A stretch of DNA of 64,000 nt from Takakia lepidozioides (GCA_030704615.1 CM060732.1:55986001-56050000); one strand, 5' to 3'; positions 36,991-50,132 are shown, numbered from the stretch's first letter. Translations and numbers: made by a program. Notes: generated by a model from the letters alone, not told the origin.

Positions 36991-38078
36991 GAGAGAAGAC
37001 TCTGGCCAAAGCCGGCGTAACTAAGAGCCACTTCACCTTTCGGCTACTGCCCCCTTTCGGGGGTAGGCCCTATATATATATCTATAACTAAGGAGAGAGT
37101 GTCCTGAGGGACATGTAGCTGGGGGGGTGGGGGGCCTATGGGCCCCGAGGCGCGTTAGAAGAACCAGACTCGAGTTGGCGTTTGTTGGTGATGATAGCTG
37201 TGAGGGAACGGAGTGTTGTGAGGTGGATTTCCTTGAAGCATTTATGGATATTGGGGGGTGGGGAATTTTGAAGTTATTATGTATATCATTGGTGCTGGCG
37301 TTGTGGATGTCGCCCCCTTGTTCCGGCAGTGACAACGGTGAGTGGGCCTGTTGCCCAACCCTGCCGTCGAATTGCCAGGATGAGGGGGGCATATTTTTGT
37401 CGTTTCTCTAGGATGGAGTCGCTAGGGTACCTAACGTGGCAAAATGTAAATTCGATGAAGTGGATGGTAAATTGTGGGGACGAGGAGGGTGTTGGGGCAG
37501 TAGTGGGTAGACCTTGGATAATAAGTATGTCTGGGCAAAGTCTAGTTGGGCAAGAGCATGGTGATCGGGTACATGTGCATGGTAGCAATCATGGCGGTAC
37601 AGTGTGGTCTGGTGGTCTTCTCTAGTAAGTATCAGCATTAGTGAGCGTGAACCAACGTGTCTCAACATGTTTTGAGAAGAGTTTATGCAGGTGTCATACT
37701 GCGTGGTTGTGTCGGGTAATATGTAGGCCGTGAATAACCGGGTGTGTGCATCAGCTAAGGAGGTGAGGCCAAGTATCCGTTCGTGATGTGTTGTTGAACA
37801 TAGGGGGCAGTATGGTGATGGGTAGAGTCGTGGCCAAAAAATATGCTTACGTTGATGACCCATGTACTGTGCGTATCTGAACTTGAGTGTTTGACGGATT
37901 TGCGCATCAGTGGTAGCTTTGGTTTGCCAGAAGTGGTTTGAGAGTTTGTGGTGCAACACTTTGGATTTGGTCCATTTTTTAATATGAACCTTTGTATGGC
38001 TAATCGAGTCAACAGCTTGTTTATTGGCTCACGGGTGAGAATGGCTAAGAGATTACGTATTGGTCGGGGTGTAGAGGG
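36991..38078 (-). mobile_element. 5'-truncated RLE-type non-LTR retrotransposon (Dualen/RandI-like)
   Basis: 12-bp TSD AGGTTTCTTGCA (36979-36990 and 38079-38090), with empty site near 15621. Encodes TLKFRYAQYMG, CPLC and RLE motifs PDILII...IEFTFC...KYAPL...GW...TAGTRG. Confidence 0.85.
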
Positions 38079-38242
38079 AGGTTTCTTGCATGGAATTCAA
38101 GTCACACCCATCAAGATAAAAGGATTTGACCCCAGAACCTTCTGGGTGGTACTTAGTGCACTATCCTACTGAGCCACACTGGGTAGTTTCCCCACAGTAA
38201 AGCTTGCACGGCCTTATGGGTGGTTATTTTCAAAATTGGTTG

Positions 38243-38622
38243 TTCTAGAAAAGTACATGCACGGTGATGGGTGGTATGGAAGAATGAACAAATAGGTTGC
38301 ATGGAAATGAGGTTGCAACAAGAGTGCATACGAAGAAGGCGGTACTAAGATGGCAATCGCATGAAAGAGAGGACCTACGCAAAACGAAGACAAGATTCAA
38401 ACGAGGAAACAAAATGAACAAAGGCGGCATTCTGTCAGATGCAAAACAAGGGACAAATTTCTACAAACTACCATAACGATATGTAGTGGAGGAGCAATGT
38501 CGCTGAAGATTGTCTGGCAAAGACGGACGAGATTTTGCAAGAAGCTTGTGTGGCTGGATTGTGTGCGTTGGAAAAGGGTGGCACACTTCTGCATCTACAT
38601 CTATGGTTTGTAGGTATATATA
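38243..38622 (+). mobile_element. Replitron-like fragment (duplicate of 16563-16940), cut off by an hAT-like end at 38623
   Basis: Contains EACVAGLCALEKGGTLLHLHL. Followed by CAGTGTTGGCCGGTTA, similar to the TIR at 15797. Confidence 0.7.
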
Positions 38623-39198
38623 CCAGTGTTGGCCGGTTATAAGAATTTTACATATCCACCGGTTAAGGTTACTTCAATATTTTTGGGATGGACACACTCC
38701 ATGGTTATGTATAAGGATAAATTTTTTATTTTAGTATATCCACCGGTTATCTATTCTACAAAATTCTTCAAATTTAGACTGTTATGAATAGGATGGTTAG
38801 AGGTGTCCTAAAATTGGCGGATATATATGCAATTGGCGGTTACATAAATATATTGAATAGGCACTTGTATTTCTCAATGATTTTCTTTAAAAATAATCAA
38901 TTCACACATGACATCCCTAACGGCTCCAGGGTGCAGCAGCTTGGCCATGAGCTATGTCACAAGGAAACCCTGGTTGGAAGGCAGTAGCCCTTGTGGTGAA
39001 GTGACGCCATAAGTTACGCTCTCTTGGGGAGGTGTCATATATTTTTTTTTCCACAAAGAGACCCTCTGTCACCACCTCAGGGGCCAGGAGCCTGGGTTGA
39101 ACCCCTCTCTCCCACCAGGTGCACAGGTCCCAAAACAGGAACACCAAATACTGAAGCTGAGGCTCACGGAGCTGATTACGCGCTAGAAATGTAGCTGT

Positions 39199-42100
39199 TG
39201 TCACGGACATAGCCCAGAGGAACTTACCAGGAGTAAATACCAGAAGTTACCAAGTTACTAGAAGTTACCACCATGATCTATCATGATTTATCATTACTTA
39301 CCAAGTTACCGGGAGTTTACCAAATTACCAAGAGTAACTTGGGAACTGCTTAGGAAGCTTCCTTTGGCGGAAACTTCTTTATCAAGATACCTCATTTGTT
39401 TAATGAAGCTTCTCCATCAAGAAACCTTTGTTTAATCTTAGAAACTTCTCCAGCAAGAACCTCCATAGAGGAAGCTTCTTAGTAGCCAGTATATATAGGA
39501 GGTGAGACTGGACACTCTTCAGTCTCGCCAACACAAGTTCAAGCTACTCTTGTTTCCAGTCCCAGTACTCCAGTCCAGCTTCCAGTACTCTAGTCCAGTT
39601 TCCAGTATCTAGTATTCCAGTCCAATTTCCAGCATTCTAGTATCCAAGTCAAGTTCCAGTATCTTGTACTCTTGTCCATTGTTATAAAGATCATCTTGAT
39701 TCATACCCATCATGCATTCGGCTACGCCGACCTTGACTTCTTGCCTAGTCTTGTACTTCTAGTCTGATCTCTTGTTTGTATTCAGTCATGCTCTCGTCCT
39801 TGACAGTTTGGCGAGACTAAAGTTTGTTCATTAGTTAGTTAAGATGGAAGGCACATTTGCGGAAATGGTCGCCACATTGCAGAGTCTTCAACTCCAGATG
39901 CAAGAACTTCGTACCTCTACCGCCCAATTACAAGCTGATCAGTCTCAAGATCTTGGCAACGCTCTCCACAATTTGTAACAACAAATTTCAGAATTAAATG
40001 AGTCGAACAATGGATCTTCAACCATACGAGTCCATACTGCAACAGCTCCTACTGCAACGGTTTCTCTTCAACAGATTGAGAGAACCAAAGATCAGCATGC
40101 CCGATAAATTTGATGGGACACGATCAAGATTTCGGGGTTTTGTTCAACAAATACGACTGTTCCTTGACTACATCTACAACGCTACCCCGATGAAGGTATT
40201 CAAATGGGATTCGTGGGCACCCTTCTATTAGGCACTGCCCTATCTTGGTTTGCACCGCTATTAGAAAAAAATTCGTATTTACTATATAATTTTGAAGCAT
40301 TCATGTCCGAGTTCACTGTAACGTTTGGAGAAAATGATAGGGAGAGAGTTACAGAGACAAAGATGCGAAATCTTCGACAAGGAGCACGTCCTGCTTCCGT
40401 TTATGCTGCCGAATTTTGACAACTTGTGTGCGACCTCGACTGGAATGAGAAGAGCCTTATTAGTCAGTTTCAATGTGGCCTAAAGGAGGATGTAAAAGAT
40501 TTGTTGCTGACAATGCCAAACGTGAGTACACTGAGCGAATTCATCACCCAAGTCATTGCATGCAATAATCGTTTGTTCGAAAGACGTCAAGAGAAGCGAT
40601 CTGGATGGTCGACGACGCATTATGCCGCTGCTACTACGGCACCAAACACAACGATCCATCAGATACCCGACAGTGATCCTATGCAGATTGATGATGTCCG
40701 ATTCAAACCATTGACGCCACAAGAAAAACAAAGACGGCACTCGAATGGATTATGCCTCTATTGTGGATAAGAAGATCATATAGCATTAAACTGCCCCAAC
40801 AAGAGAAGATTCAAAGCTCGGTGTGCAACTCAAGTGTTCGATACGAGGAGGTCGGAATACGAAGATGTCCAGTCACAGTAGGGACCATGCGGCTGGACAC
40901 CACAAATTCCTCAAAAAAAAATGTCTCTATCTATCTCCAGACCCTGTACCTTGTTTCACAGTTCCGGTAAAAATCAGAGTGCAAAATCGAGATATCTCTG
41001 TAGAAGCACTATTGGACTCAGGGGCTTCAATATGTTTTATTGACAAAAAATTTGCGAAGCAACACAATTTAACGTTCGTAAAGAAGAAACTTTCGGCCCC
41101 CGTTGAAGTCATCGATGGACGACCGTTAGCATCAGGGAATGTTGACCATGAAACTCGACCACTTGAAGTGAAGCTTGAAGATCAAACATCACATATTGTT
41201 TTCAACATCATCCAGACTCCAACGAATCATGTGATCCTTGGACTTCCTTGATCCGTACTTCACAATCTTGACATCGACTGACGATCGCGATAAATTTCTA
41301 CAAGACAAAAATATAAAAATATCAAAGGTATTCAACCTCTGTTCCTTGGAGCTAGAGCTTTCATGAGAGTTACCAAAAAAGATGCGGCATTTGCACTTTA
41401 TGCGATTCCGATCAAGACCACAAAAGATAAAGGTACTTCGACATTACCCACTCAATATCAAGATTTCAAGGATGTCATCGAAAAGAAAAATGCAGACATA
41501 TTGCCAGAACATCGACCTTATAACTGTGCAATTAAATTACAAGAAGGAGCCCAACCACCATTCGGCCCAATCTATAACTTATCCCAAACGGAGTTGGCTG
41601 CATTACGTGAGTACATTGATGAAAATTTGTCGAAGAACTTCATCCGACATTCAAAATCACATGCGGGGGCGTCTATTTTATTTGGGAAAAAGAAGGACGG
41701 ATCATTACGCATATATGTGGACTATTGTGGTCTCAACAAAGTCACAATTAAGAATTGTTATCCGTTACCGCTGATTTCTGGGCTTCTCGACCAACTGGGA
41801 CAAGCGAAGATTTTCACTAAAATTGACTTGAGATGAGTTTATAACTTTGTACGGATAAAAGAAAGAGACGAACGTAAAACAACTTTTCGAATAAGGTATG
41901 GACATTTTGAATACAGTGTTATGCCTTTCGGTCTTACAAATGCTCCAGCAATTTTCCAACATATGATGAATGACATATTTCAAGAATTTTTAGATAACTT
42001 TGAGAACATAGCCGCCATGTACGCCTTGTTCTTGATAAATTAAGAGAAAGAGGATTATATGCCAAATTGGAAAAATGTATTTTCCATCAATCTGAGGTCG

Positions 42101-43502
42101 AATTTCTATGCTACATTATTTCCGAAAAATGCGTCTTTATGGACCCGAAGGAAATACAAACCGTCATCGAGTGAATTAAACCAATTTCGATCCGAGATGT
42201 ACAATATTTTCTAGGATTTGCAAATTTTTATAGAATCTTCATCAATGACTATTCCAAAATTGCTGCACCATTGACGCGACTCACATGGAATGACAAATTT
42301 GTATGGGACGAGAAGGCTGACCAAGCATTTGAAAGACTGAAGCAGACATTTACAACAGCTCCAATACTGGTACATGCAGACCCATCTAAACCATTCTTTT
42401 TGGAAGCAGATGCATCAGACTTTGCCCTTGGCGTGGACTCTCCCAATATGGTACAGATGGCCGACTCCACCCTGTTGGTTTTCGTTCTCGCAAATTTTCC
42501 GCTGCGGAGATCAATTATGAAATCCATGACAACTTCTAGCGATTATCGATGCTTTTAAGGAGTGGCGTCATCTATTGGAATGAGCTAAACATCAAGTCAC
42601 TGTCTATACCGATCACAAAAACCTTGAGTATTTTATGAGTGCTCGTGTTTTGAATCGACGTCAAACGAGATGGAGTATGTCACTAGCAAGGTTTGATTTT
42701 GTTATTACCTACCGTCCCTGACATCTTCAAGGAAAATCAGATGTTCTTTCTCAACGATCATATTTTGCGTCGAAAAAATGGGAGGCTGCTTTCGACCAAC
42801 AGAAATCCATCATCTTGAAACCAACAAATCTCTAATTGAATATGCTATCCATGTCTACCTATGACGATGCAAAGATCATAAAGGAGATCCAGGAAGCACT
42901 GAAGAGCAACCAATTTGCTACGACACTACGAAATCAACTAAATCGACCTCAAGACAACCCACATGTTACAAACGACTTCGAATTCAAAGATGACTTACTT
43001 TATTTCAAGGGACTTCTCTATGTACCTCCAGGACCTACACGACTTCGAATTCTTCAAACATGTCATGATCTTCCAGCTGCGGGACATTTTGGCTTCAACA
43101 AAACAATGGAATTGATATCCAGGGACTATTGGTGGTCGCAAATGTGGAAACTCGCGAAAAAATTTAAAAATCTTGCGACACACACGTGCTAGAGCGAAGG
43201 GACCACGACATCGACCTTACGGCCTTCTTCAACCATTACCCATTCCCAAGGGTCCATGGTCGTCTGTGTCTATGGACTTTATTACGGACCTTCCAATTTC
43301 CAAGACCATCGATTCAATCCTTGTTATTGTAGATCGTTTTACGAAGATGACGCATTTCATTCCATGTAATAAGACGGTTACCGGCGAGGAAACTGCAAGA
43401 TTATTCCTCAATAATATTTACCGCATTCATGGACTCCCGAATAACATTGTATCTGATCGAGGACCACAGTTCATATCAAATTTCTGGAGGGGATTATTTC
43501 AG
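39199..43502 (+). mobile_element. 5' portion of chromovirus family B (LTR, gag, PR, RT, RH, partial IN), Tf1/sushi/Tcn1-like, decayed
   Basis: LTR 39199-39805, gag from 39844 (REPKISMPDKFDG, DPMQID, LCLYCG..H...C), protease ALLDSGA, RT, RNase H EADASDFA, and integrase GHFG...SMDFITDLP...SDRGPQF. Many stops. Confidence 0.93.
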
Positions 43503-43529
43503 GGACCTAAGCGCCAGCTAGGGGGGGCA

Positions 43530-44420
43530 ATTGTGATGGGCTAATGGCAGCCTAGTGATGGACTAGTGGCTGCACTAGTGGTGGCTAGTGGTAGCCTAGT
43601 GTTGGACTAGTGGTTGCACTAATGGTGGCTAGTGGCAACCTAGTGTTGGACTAGTGGTTGCATTAGTGGTGGACTAATGGTTGCACTAGTGGCAGCCTAG
43701 TGGTTGCACTAGTGGAAGGACTAGCGGTGCACTAGTGGTGGACTAGTTATAGACTAGTGTTTGGCGTGCACATGTGTTGTTTGGTTTTGGACAGCGATGT
43801 AGTTGTGTAACGATATGTATGCGCACGACAACTGTTATTTTACCACTAGTGTGAAGTTAGCTAGGAAATAACTAGCTTTTATATATTGACATTTGGGATT
43901 GACCCAAGTGTCAATCCAGGGGCCAATACATGTTTGGGCACCTGACGTTGTTATCTTCACGACAGATCGCGGTGGGTTCATCTTTCTTGAGTTGAGCCTC
44001 ACCGCGTCTAGCTATGGCGCCGTAGTGTGGATTCCCCATGGCGTGGGGTGCACTTGGCTCGACTTAATATATGAGTGATGCTTTCATGTGCAAGTATGTG
44101 AGTTCGAGAGAGCTTGTGTGCTTGTATCATTCATTTTCCTTATCATTGTGATGGGCTAGTGGCAGCCTAGTGATGGACTAGTGGCTGCACTAGTGGTGGC
44201 TAGTGGCAGCCTAGTATTGGACTAGTGGTTGCACTAGTGGTGGCTAGTGGCAGCCTAGTGTTGGACTAGTGGTTGTACTAGTGGTAGGACTATTGGTGCA
44301 CTAGTGGTAGGACTAGCGGTGCACTAGTGGTGGACTAGTTATAGACTAGTGTTTGGTGTTCACATGTGTTGTGTGGTTTTGGACAGCGATGTAGTTGTGT
44401 AGTGATATGTATGCGCACGA
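43530..44420. repeat. CTAGTGG-based minisatellite in two duplicated blocks
   Basis: Blocks at about 43530-43830 and 44147-44420, built from 11-13 bp units (GGACTAGTGGT, GCACTAGTGGT, GCCTAGTG). Each ends in the same unique tail. Confidence 0.85.
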
Positions 44421-47303
44421 CAGCCCGCTTGCGGGCCACGGCGGAGTCAAGCACACCGCAGCACTCTTGAAGAAAAAGTATTTCTGGCCCAAACTGAGGG
44501 AGGAGGCTGAGGAGTATGTCAAGTCATGCACCACATGCCAACAAAACCGGAGCGAGTACAAAAAGCAAGCGGGGCTGTTACAACCCTTGCCGGTTCCAGA
44601 GGGGTCCTGGGAAAGTGTCTCGATGGATTTCATGACTGTTATGTCACTGTCAAAAAGATTCGATGTGATAATGGTGGTGGTGGATAGGTTCAGTAAAATG
44701 GGCCATTTCATCCCCACTAAGGAGACGGCAACGGCGCAGGAGACGGGGTGACTTTACTTCGCCCACGTCTTCAAGCATCATGGACTCCCGAAGGATATTG
44801 TCTCGGACCGCGATCCAAAGTTTACGAGTAAATTTTGGAGGGCACTTTGGAAGAAGATGGGGACGAGGCTCAAGATGAGCATCGCCTTCCGACCTACGAC
44901 GGACGGCCAAACGGAAAGAGTGAATTCTGTGGTAAAGCAGATCTTGCGGAATTACGTGTCGGTAGACCAATCAGACTGGGTGGAGCACTTGGACGCGGCA
45001 GAGTTCTGTTATAATAACACAAAACACTCCGCAACGGGAGTTTCCCCTTTCGTATTGGTCTATGGAAAAGCACCTCTGGTGCTGACAAGTTGGGCCGCCC
45101 AGGACGTTGAGGAACCGGCAGTAGCGGCGGTACTGGAAGAACGCGAGCGTTTGTTGAAGCTCGCAAAGTACAACATTGCCAAAGCTAGGAAACGGTATGA
45201 ACGGCAAGCGAATCAGAAGTGGAGGGAAGTTAAGTTTGAGGCAGACATGGTGGTCTGGTTGAACATCAAGAATTTTTGACTACCTCCGGAAGTGAGTCCA
45301 AAGTTTGTACCTCTGTATGCGGGCCCCTTTCGCATCCGGAAGGTTATGAATGAGGACGTGTATGAATTGGAGCTGCCGGCAAACAGCAAGGTGCACCCGG
45401 TATTCCACGTCTCCATTTTGAAGCCTTACTTCAAAAATGAAGTGCGTCCGATCGGCATCAAGTGTTGCGTCCGCCACCTATGCTATTGGATTATGAAAAT
45501 GAACCTGAGTACGAGGTGGAGGCAGTGCTTAAGTCGAGGAGGTTCAAGAATCGAGAAACAGAATATCTCGTGAAATGGAAGGGCTATCATCATGTGGAGG
45601 CATCTTGGGTGCGTGCCTCAGAAATGGGAAATGCATCCGAGGCGGTTGCAGCTTTTGAAGGGCGACCTCAAAAGCGGAAGAAACGTTGATGGGGACATCA
45701 ACCTTGGATCGTGGGGGAGGAAATGCATGCTTAGCCCGACTTAGATAACTCAGGAATCCGATTGCAAAAACTTGTATTGTACAAATTTTGTTATAAATGA
45801 AATGGTTTCCAAATGTTATGCGTCCTATTTTGTTTGGAATGGTGATACATGGTATGGTTGGCTAGTGTGTAGAATGCATGCTAGCTTACAAAAATGGGAG
45901 AGGTAAATTGGATTAATCATGTGTTTGCGTAGTGCTAAAATCGGGTGACTCCCATCCAAGGGGCAAGGAAACTTGCGCCTTCCTTGGGAGTTCACGTGCT
46001 AGTGCACACCTAGCGCGTGCGCGTACTATAACTGCGCTACCAAGGGGGTTGCCTTGTGGTGCGGGCTAACGCGGAAGCTACGTGCTTCCGTTCACGTACT
46101 ATAATCGTGTAGCCTCGGGACAAAGTCGTAGTGCGGCTTCGGCGTGTTCCCGTACCTCAGGCCAGCATTCCAAGGCGGACCCAATTGTAGTGATTGGGGC
46201 GCATGGTTAGTTCAAGGTTATCTTCATAGTAAAAAAGGGTTCAAGGTGAACCCTTGCTCAAGGTGATGCCAAAAGCGGCATCATGAACGGTCGCAAGCAA
46301 TGTTGTTGCAGTAAGGCGATTCGATCCTCAGGGAGGATCGTTCCTTGGCCTTGAAGTAGGCCAAGAAGAGTGCACTGGGTGGGGCTTGAGAGGCTCCACC
46401 CTTGGCCGGGACTTGGAGGAAGTCGGCCGAACTAGCTAGTGGAGAGTAGAGTCAAGTGTGGGGTTTGGTTCTTTGCCATGGGACGCCATGGTACGGAAAT
46501 AAACTCCTTAATGTGGGATGCCACAACTTGGATGTTCGTTTCTACAAAATGGACAAGTCGATGAGGACATCGACTCCCTGTTGGTAGGGGTGTGTGTCGT
46601 GGCCCTTTGCCTTCAGGGCAGGGGGTCGAGACGCAGGAGGGGCTGCCCCTGTGGTGGGGGCAGTGGCAGCGATAGGTACGGGGGGCCTGAAGCACCCTTG
46701 AGTGCCAAGGCACTCAAGGAGGCGGAGGCGCTCACTAGGTGGAGCCCCGCACACCGGGTTGCAGTGGGGGTGGCTCCACAAGGGGTGGTGGTAGCTTAGC
46801 GGGACTTAGTGGGGGTGGCATATGACTCACCATGGGGCGGAGACCTTGTGGTGGGAGTCGTGGGGAGTCTTGGGACTCATCACGGTCCAATGGGGCTGTG
46901 GTGGGTGGGCCAAGACTCACCACGACTCATCACCGGGAGTCGAGGGTCTTCGTGGTGGTTCGCCATAAAATGACATGGTTGTTTGTGAAACCCCTACGGA
47001 CAGTCACAGAAGTATATATAGGGAGTAGTAACCCCGAGAACGGTGCAAGCCCGTTGGTGACCAAAAACTAGTGAGTAAACGAGCGAGCCAGAAAACGACC
47101 CAGGAGTGGGGAGCTATTCCGGACTGCCATCGACCAAAAGGGAATTTTCACTAGGCCCAAATTGGTGGAGGGTCTTTTGGAAGAGTAAAGGGGGACCGTT
47201 ATGTCCCGGTGAGCAGCCGAAAGCTCCGTGTTGGCCCGGCAGCCAGGTTGGGAGTTAGGCGCGCGCATCAAAGTGAGTAACTATGACTTGAAGGAGAGCA
47301 TAC
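44400..47303 (+). mobile_element. 3' portion of Ty3/gypsy chromovirus family A (integrase, chromodomain, PPT, near-complete 3' LTR)
   Basis: HDSPLAGHGG...CTTCQ, SMDF, TDGQTERVN, VHPVFHVS and chromodomain EYEVEAVLKSR...YLVKWKGY. LTR starts TGTCG at 46595, matches 1976-1270 (-), and lacks its last ~20 bp. Confidence 0.92.
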
Positions 47304-49452
47304 GGAACCCTCTCACATGCCCATTGGGTTTATCTACTTACTCGAGCTTACACAACATTGATCAGCACTTTGGATCCCTGGGGGCTGCAAGGTCCCACCA
47401 ATGGCAAGGGCGAGGGTTTGCACACCCCGTAATGCCGCTTCTGCCAGTGAAGTGCTTCATTGGGCGCGCATTGATGCACATATGTCACCAGAATCATTCA
47501 CCATCTTATTTATTCCTAATACTAACCATACCAACTCTAAACACCCAATGCTAAGTGACCCCCCTGGAGTATTCACGTTAGCTACATTTGAGCCTCGCTC
47601 AATCATTTATCAACCCCCACCGCCGTGGCGCAATCACATGAAATATCCAGAACCGTTATTAACTAAACTGGTATGTGTACACCACTCACAAGACCCGCAA
47701 ATACCTATCATTTTCTACCATCAACTGGACCGAATTCTAAAACATTTATTTGGTCACACAACCACGGTTCACCCGCCTACCCAAATTCCCAACAAATATC
47801 CCCGAATCAATCCGGACAAGCCATGGAGACATGTGACCCCTAGGCCTCTCTGGGTAGCAGACCAAAAACCTTTGCTATACCACTCCCAGATTTCACGGAA
47901 CCCACAACCTTAAAATTCCAACCACAGAAATGCATATATACTGATGGCTCCTTAAAAGATGCCCAAGCGGGTTATGGTATATATTTGATTGGCACCAATA
48001 CCAAAATATATAGCCGTCTCCCTGGTCGCCAGAATATCCTACGAGCGGAGCTTATGGCTATACATGATGCTCTCAAGTCTCTCCCCTACCAACTTACTTC
48101 AACATACTAGTTATTTACAGACAGATTGGTCTCCCTATACCTTCTCACCAACCAAATTTGCATGCCATCATCACAGATTCACCATCCTGATATTACACTT
48201 ATAAAAGGAATCGTCGATGTTGTATCATCTTTACCGTTGCAAAACCATATACACAAAGTTCTATCTCACACAGACATAATAGGTTATGACATAGTAGACC
48301 ATCTTGCCTAACTTGGTGCTATTCAGCCAATCATCAACCCCTCGACCAGTCCTATCCACCGGTCGCACACATACCCGTTTTGGCTCATATCAACAAGGGC
48401 TAGATTCCCGACCATAGCACCTATACGAAATCTGCACACACACATTCAAGGCAAGACCAAACTACTCATACAAGAATCCTGCACCTACAGAAATTCGTAC
48501 ATATCTAAGTGAGTCTCGTCCCCACACCTGCTACATAGTATGTCCAATCATTTTTGGACATCCCCCAGGGTTACCGATGCACAAATCAAACAAACTTTGA
48601 AATTTTGGTATGGTCAATACATGGGCAATCAACGACGGAACTTGTTCTGGCCATTATTATACCCCAATACACACTGCGTGTTATGTTCATCCCAAAATCC
48701 CCAAATAGATACATGGCCACACTTACTTCTCCACTGCAAACCACCCCATAATACATGGGTTGTGGGTAACCAGACATAACCAAGGGGTTAGACAACTCCA
48801 CAAAATTCTCACTTCACATCCGAAATCCAGATGGTTTAACCTCATCAATGCAGGCACATTCCAAGGTCGCCCACCGGACCACACCATACCCCCATGGCTG
48901 CTACCGTGTATATGCTCCCAAGGACACCCGTGCCTTTGTCTAGCAAGACTATGCCCAAATATTTTGCTAGTCCAGGGACTTCCTATACAGGCATTGCCAC
49001 CGACAGAACCGTTTCCATCTCTCAAAATACATTTATTGGAATTTGCATTCTGCCATGATCGAAATCCAGATCAATCAATTATGTACAAACATGAAAAATA
49101 TGACCCAATCATACATGTCCTCCGTCACAAAGGCTGGAACACGGCACCTCTAACCGTCATCACTGCGAGTGTCAGGGGCGGTGCTGATACCCATAATATC
49201 CAAGGTTTGAAAGATAATCTTAACCTACCACCCAAATACACTACACCTCTACTACGAGCGTTGCATTTCACGGCTATTTCATCACTCACATCCCTAATCC
49301 TCAATAAACGTAAGATTGAAAGTGGCCAGCTAGCCACTGTGTGATAGGTTACGGTTCGGATAGAGCCCACCCCTGAAAGGGAGCAGTACCCGCAAGGGGA
49401 AGAGGCTCTTATTTACGCTAGCTTCGGTTGGCGTCATATATATATATATATA
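47304..49452 (+). mobile_element. 3' part of non-LTR retrotransposon with RNase H, CCHC and RLE domains (Dualen/RandI-like)
   Basis: RNase H IYTDGS (47937), RAELMAI, FTD, HKVLSHTDIIG. Knuckle CVLC...HLLLHC. RLE RHN...LEFAFCHD...KY...GW. Stop at 49344, structured 3' end, then (AT)n. Confidence 0.85.
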
Positions 49453-49691
49453 TGGGAATGTGCACACCTGGCGCGAAACAACCTTCTAGAAGGCCAGCGA
49501 AGGCGACAGAGACGGCTGGGCTCCCTGAGAGAGGGTATAGAGCGTCTGGAGCCCGGCCCACAAAAGAAGGAGCTTGCGGAGCGCTCGGAGAAAATTGCCA
49601 GATCAATCATGTGGAGCTCGGCATTGGGGTGCTCCTTTTGAACTTTAGGGTAGAGGATACCACCCGGTAACCAGTTGAATAGTTGAACGGT

Positions 49692-50132
49692 GGTTGGTAT
49701 TATGTGAGCACAGCGTGAGCATGCTCACGTGAGCACAACCCACGATCACGGGTGTTTTATGTTTTTCGAACCTCGGGCATAGGAGTTATATGTTTTCAAA
49801 ACATAATAAAATCATGAGCGGGTATAGAGGACTGGTGCATTTGTATAATGCATCTGCGCCAATTCAGCAAGGCGAAACCTTCAGTAGTATAGACAAAAAC
49901 CCTAAACCTATAGCGGCGGCGGTGAATTTCGCACCGAGAAATACTTGGTGATATGGGCACAAACTAAGCATAAAAAGCCATGCATGTAGGGTAACATGTT
50001 CATCAGGTATAGGGGCTATTTGTTCTTTATGTTTTAGTTTCGCATAATTATTAGTTTCGACAATTTCATCTCGCTGCGAAAATTTCACGGAAGTTCGGGA
50101 AATATGCCCTTGTGCTCACGCGCTACCCAACC
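49692..50132. mobile_element. Possible Mutator-type MITE
   Basis: Imperfect TIRs GGTTGGTATTATGTGAGCACA / TGTGCTCACGCGCTACCCAACC. The 9-bp flanks match at only 6 of 9 positions. Confidence 0.4.

Larger units (their letters stand above)
32112..38622 (+). repeat. Direct segmental duplicate of 10503-16940
   Basis: Colinear match at an offset of about 21.6 kb. This copy lacks about 13833-15205 and the hAT MITE, and has gained insertions at 34845-35971 and 36991-38078. Confidence 0.93.

Noticed and set aside
2857-43502. Family B halves (39199-43502 and 2857-4915) as one element split by rearrangement, since both break at nearly the same integrase position
   Set aside because: The outer flanks (GCTGT versus AAAAA) give no TSD and the LTRs differ by several indels, so a single insertion is unsupported.
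1249-47303. Family A LTRs as the two ends of one inverted element within one non-LTR copy
   Set aside because: Plausible but untestable here: the 3' LTR end and its TSD are missing.
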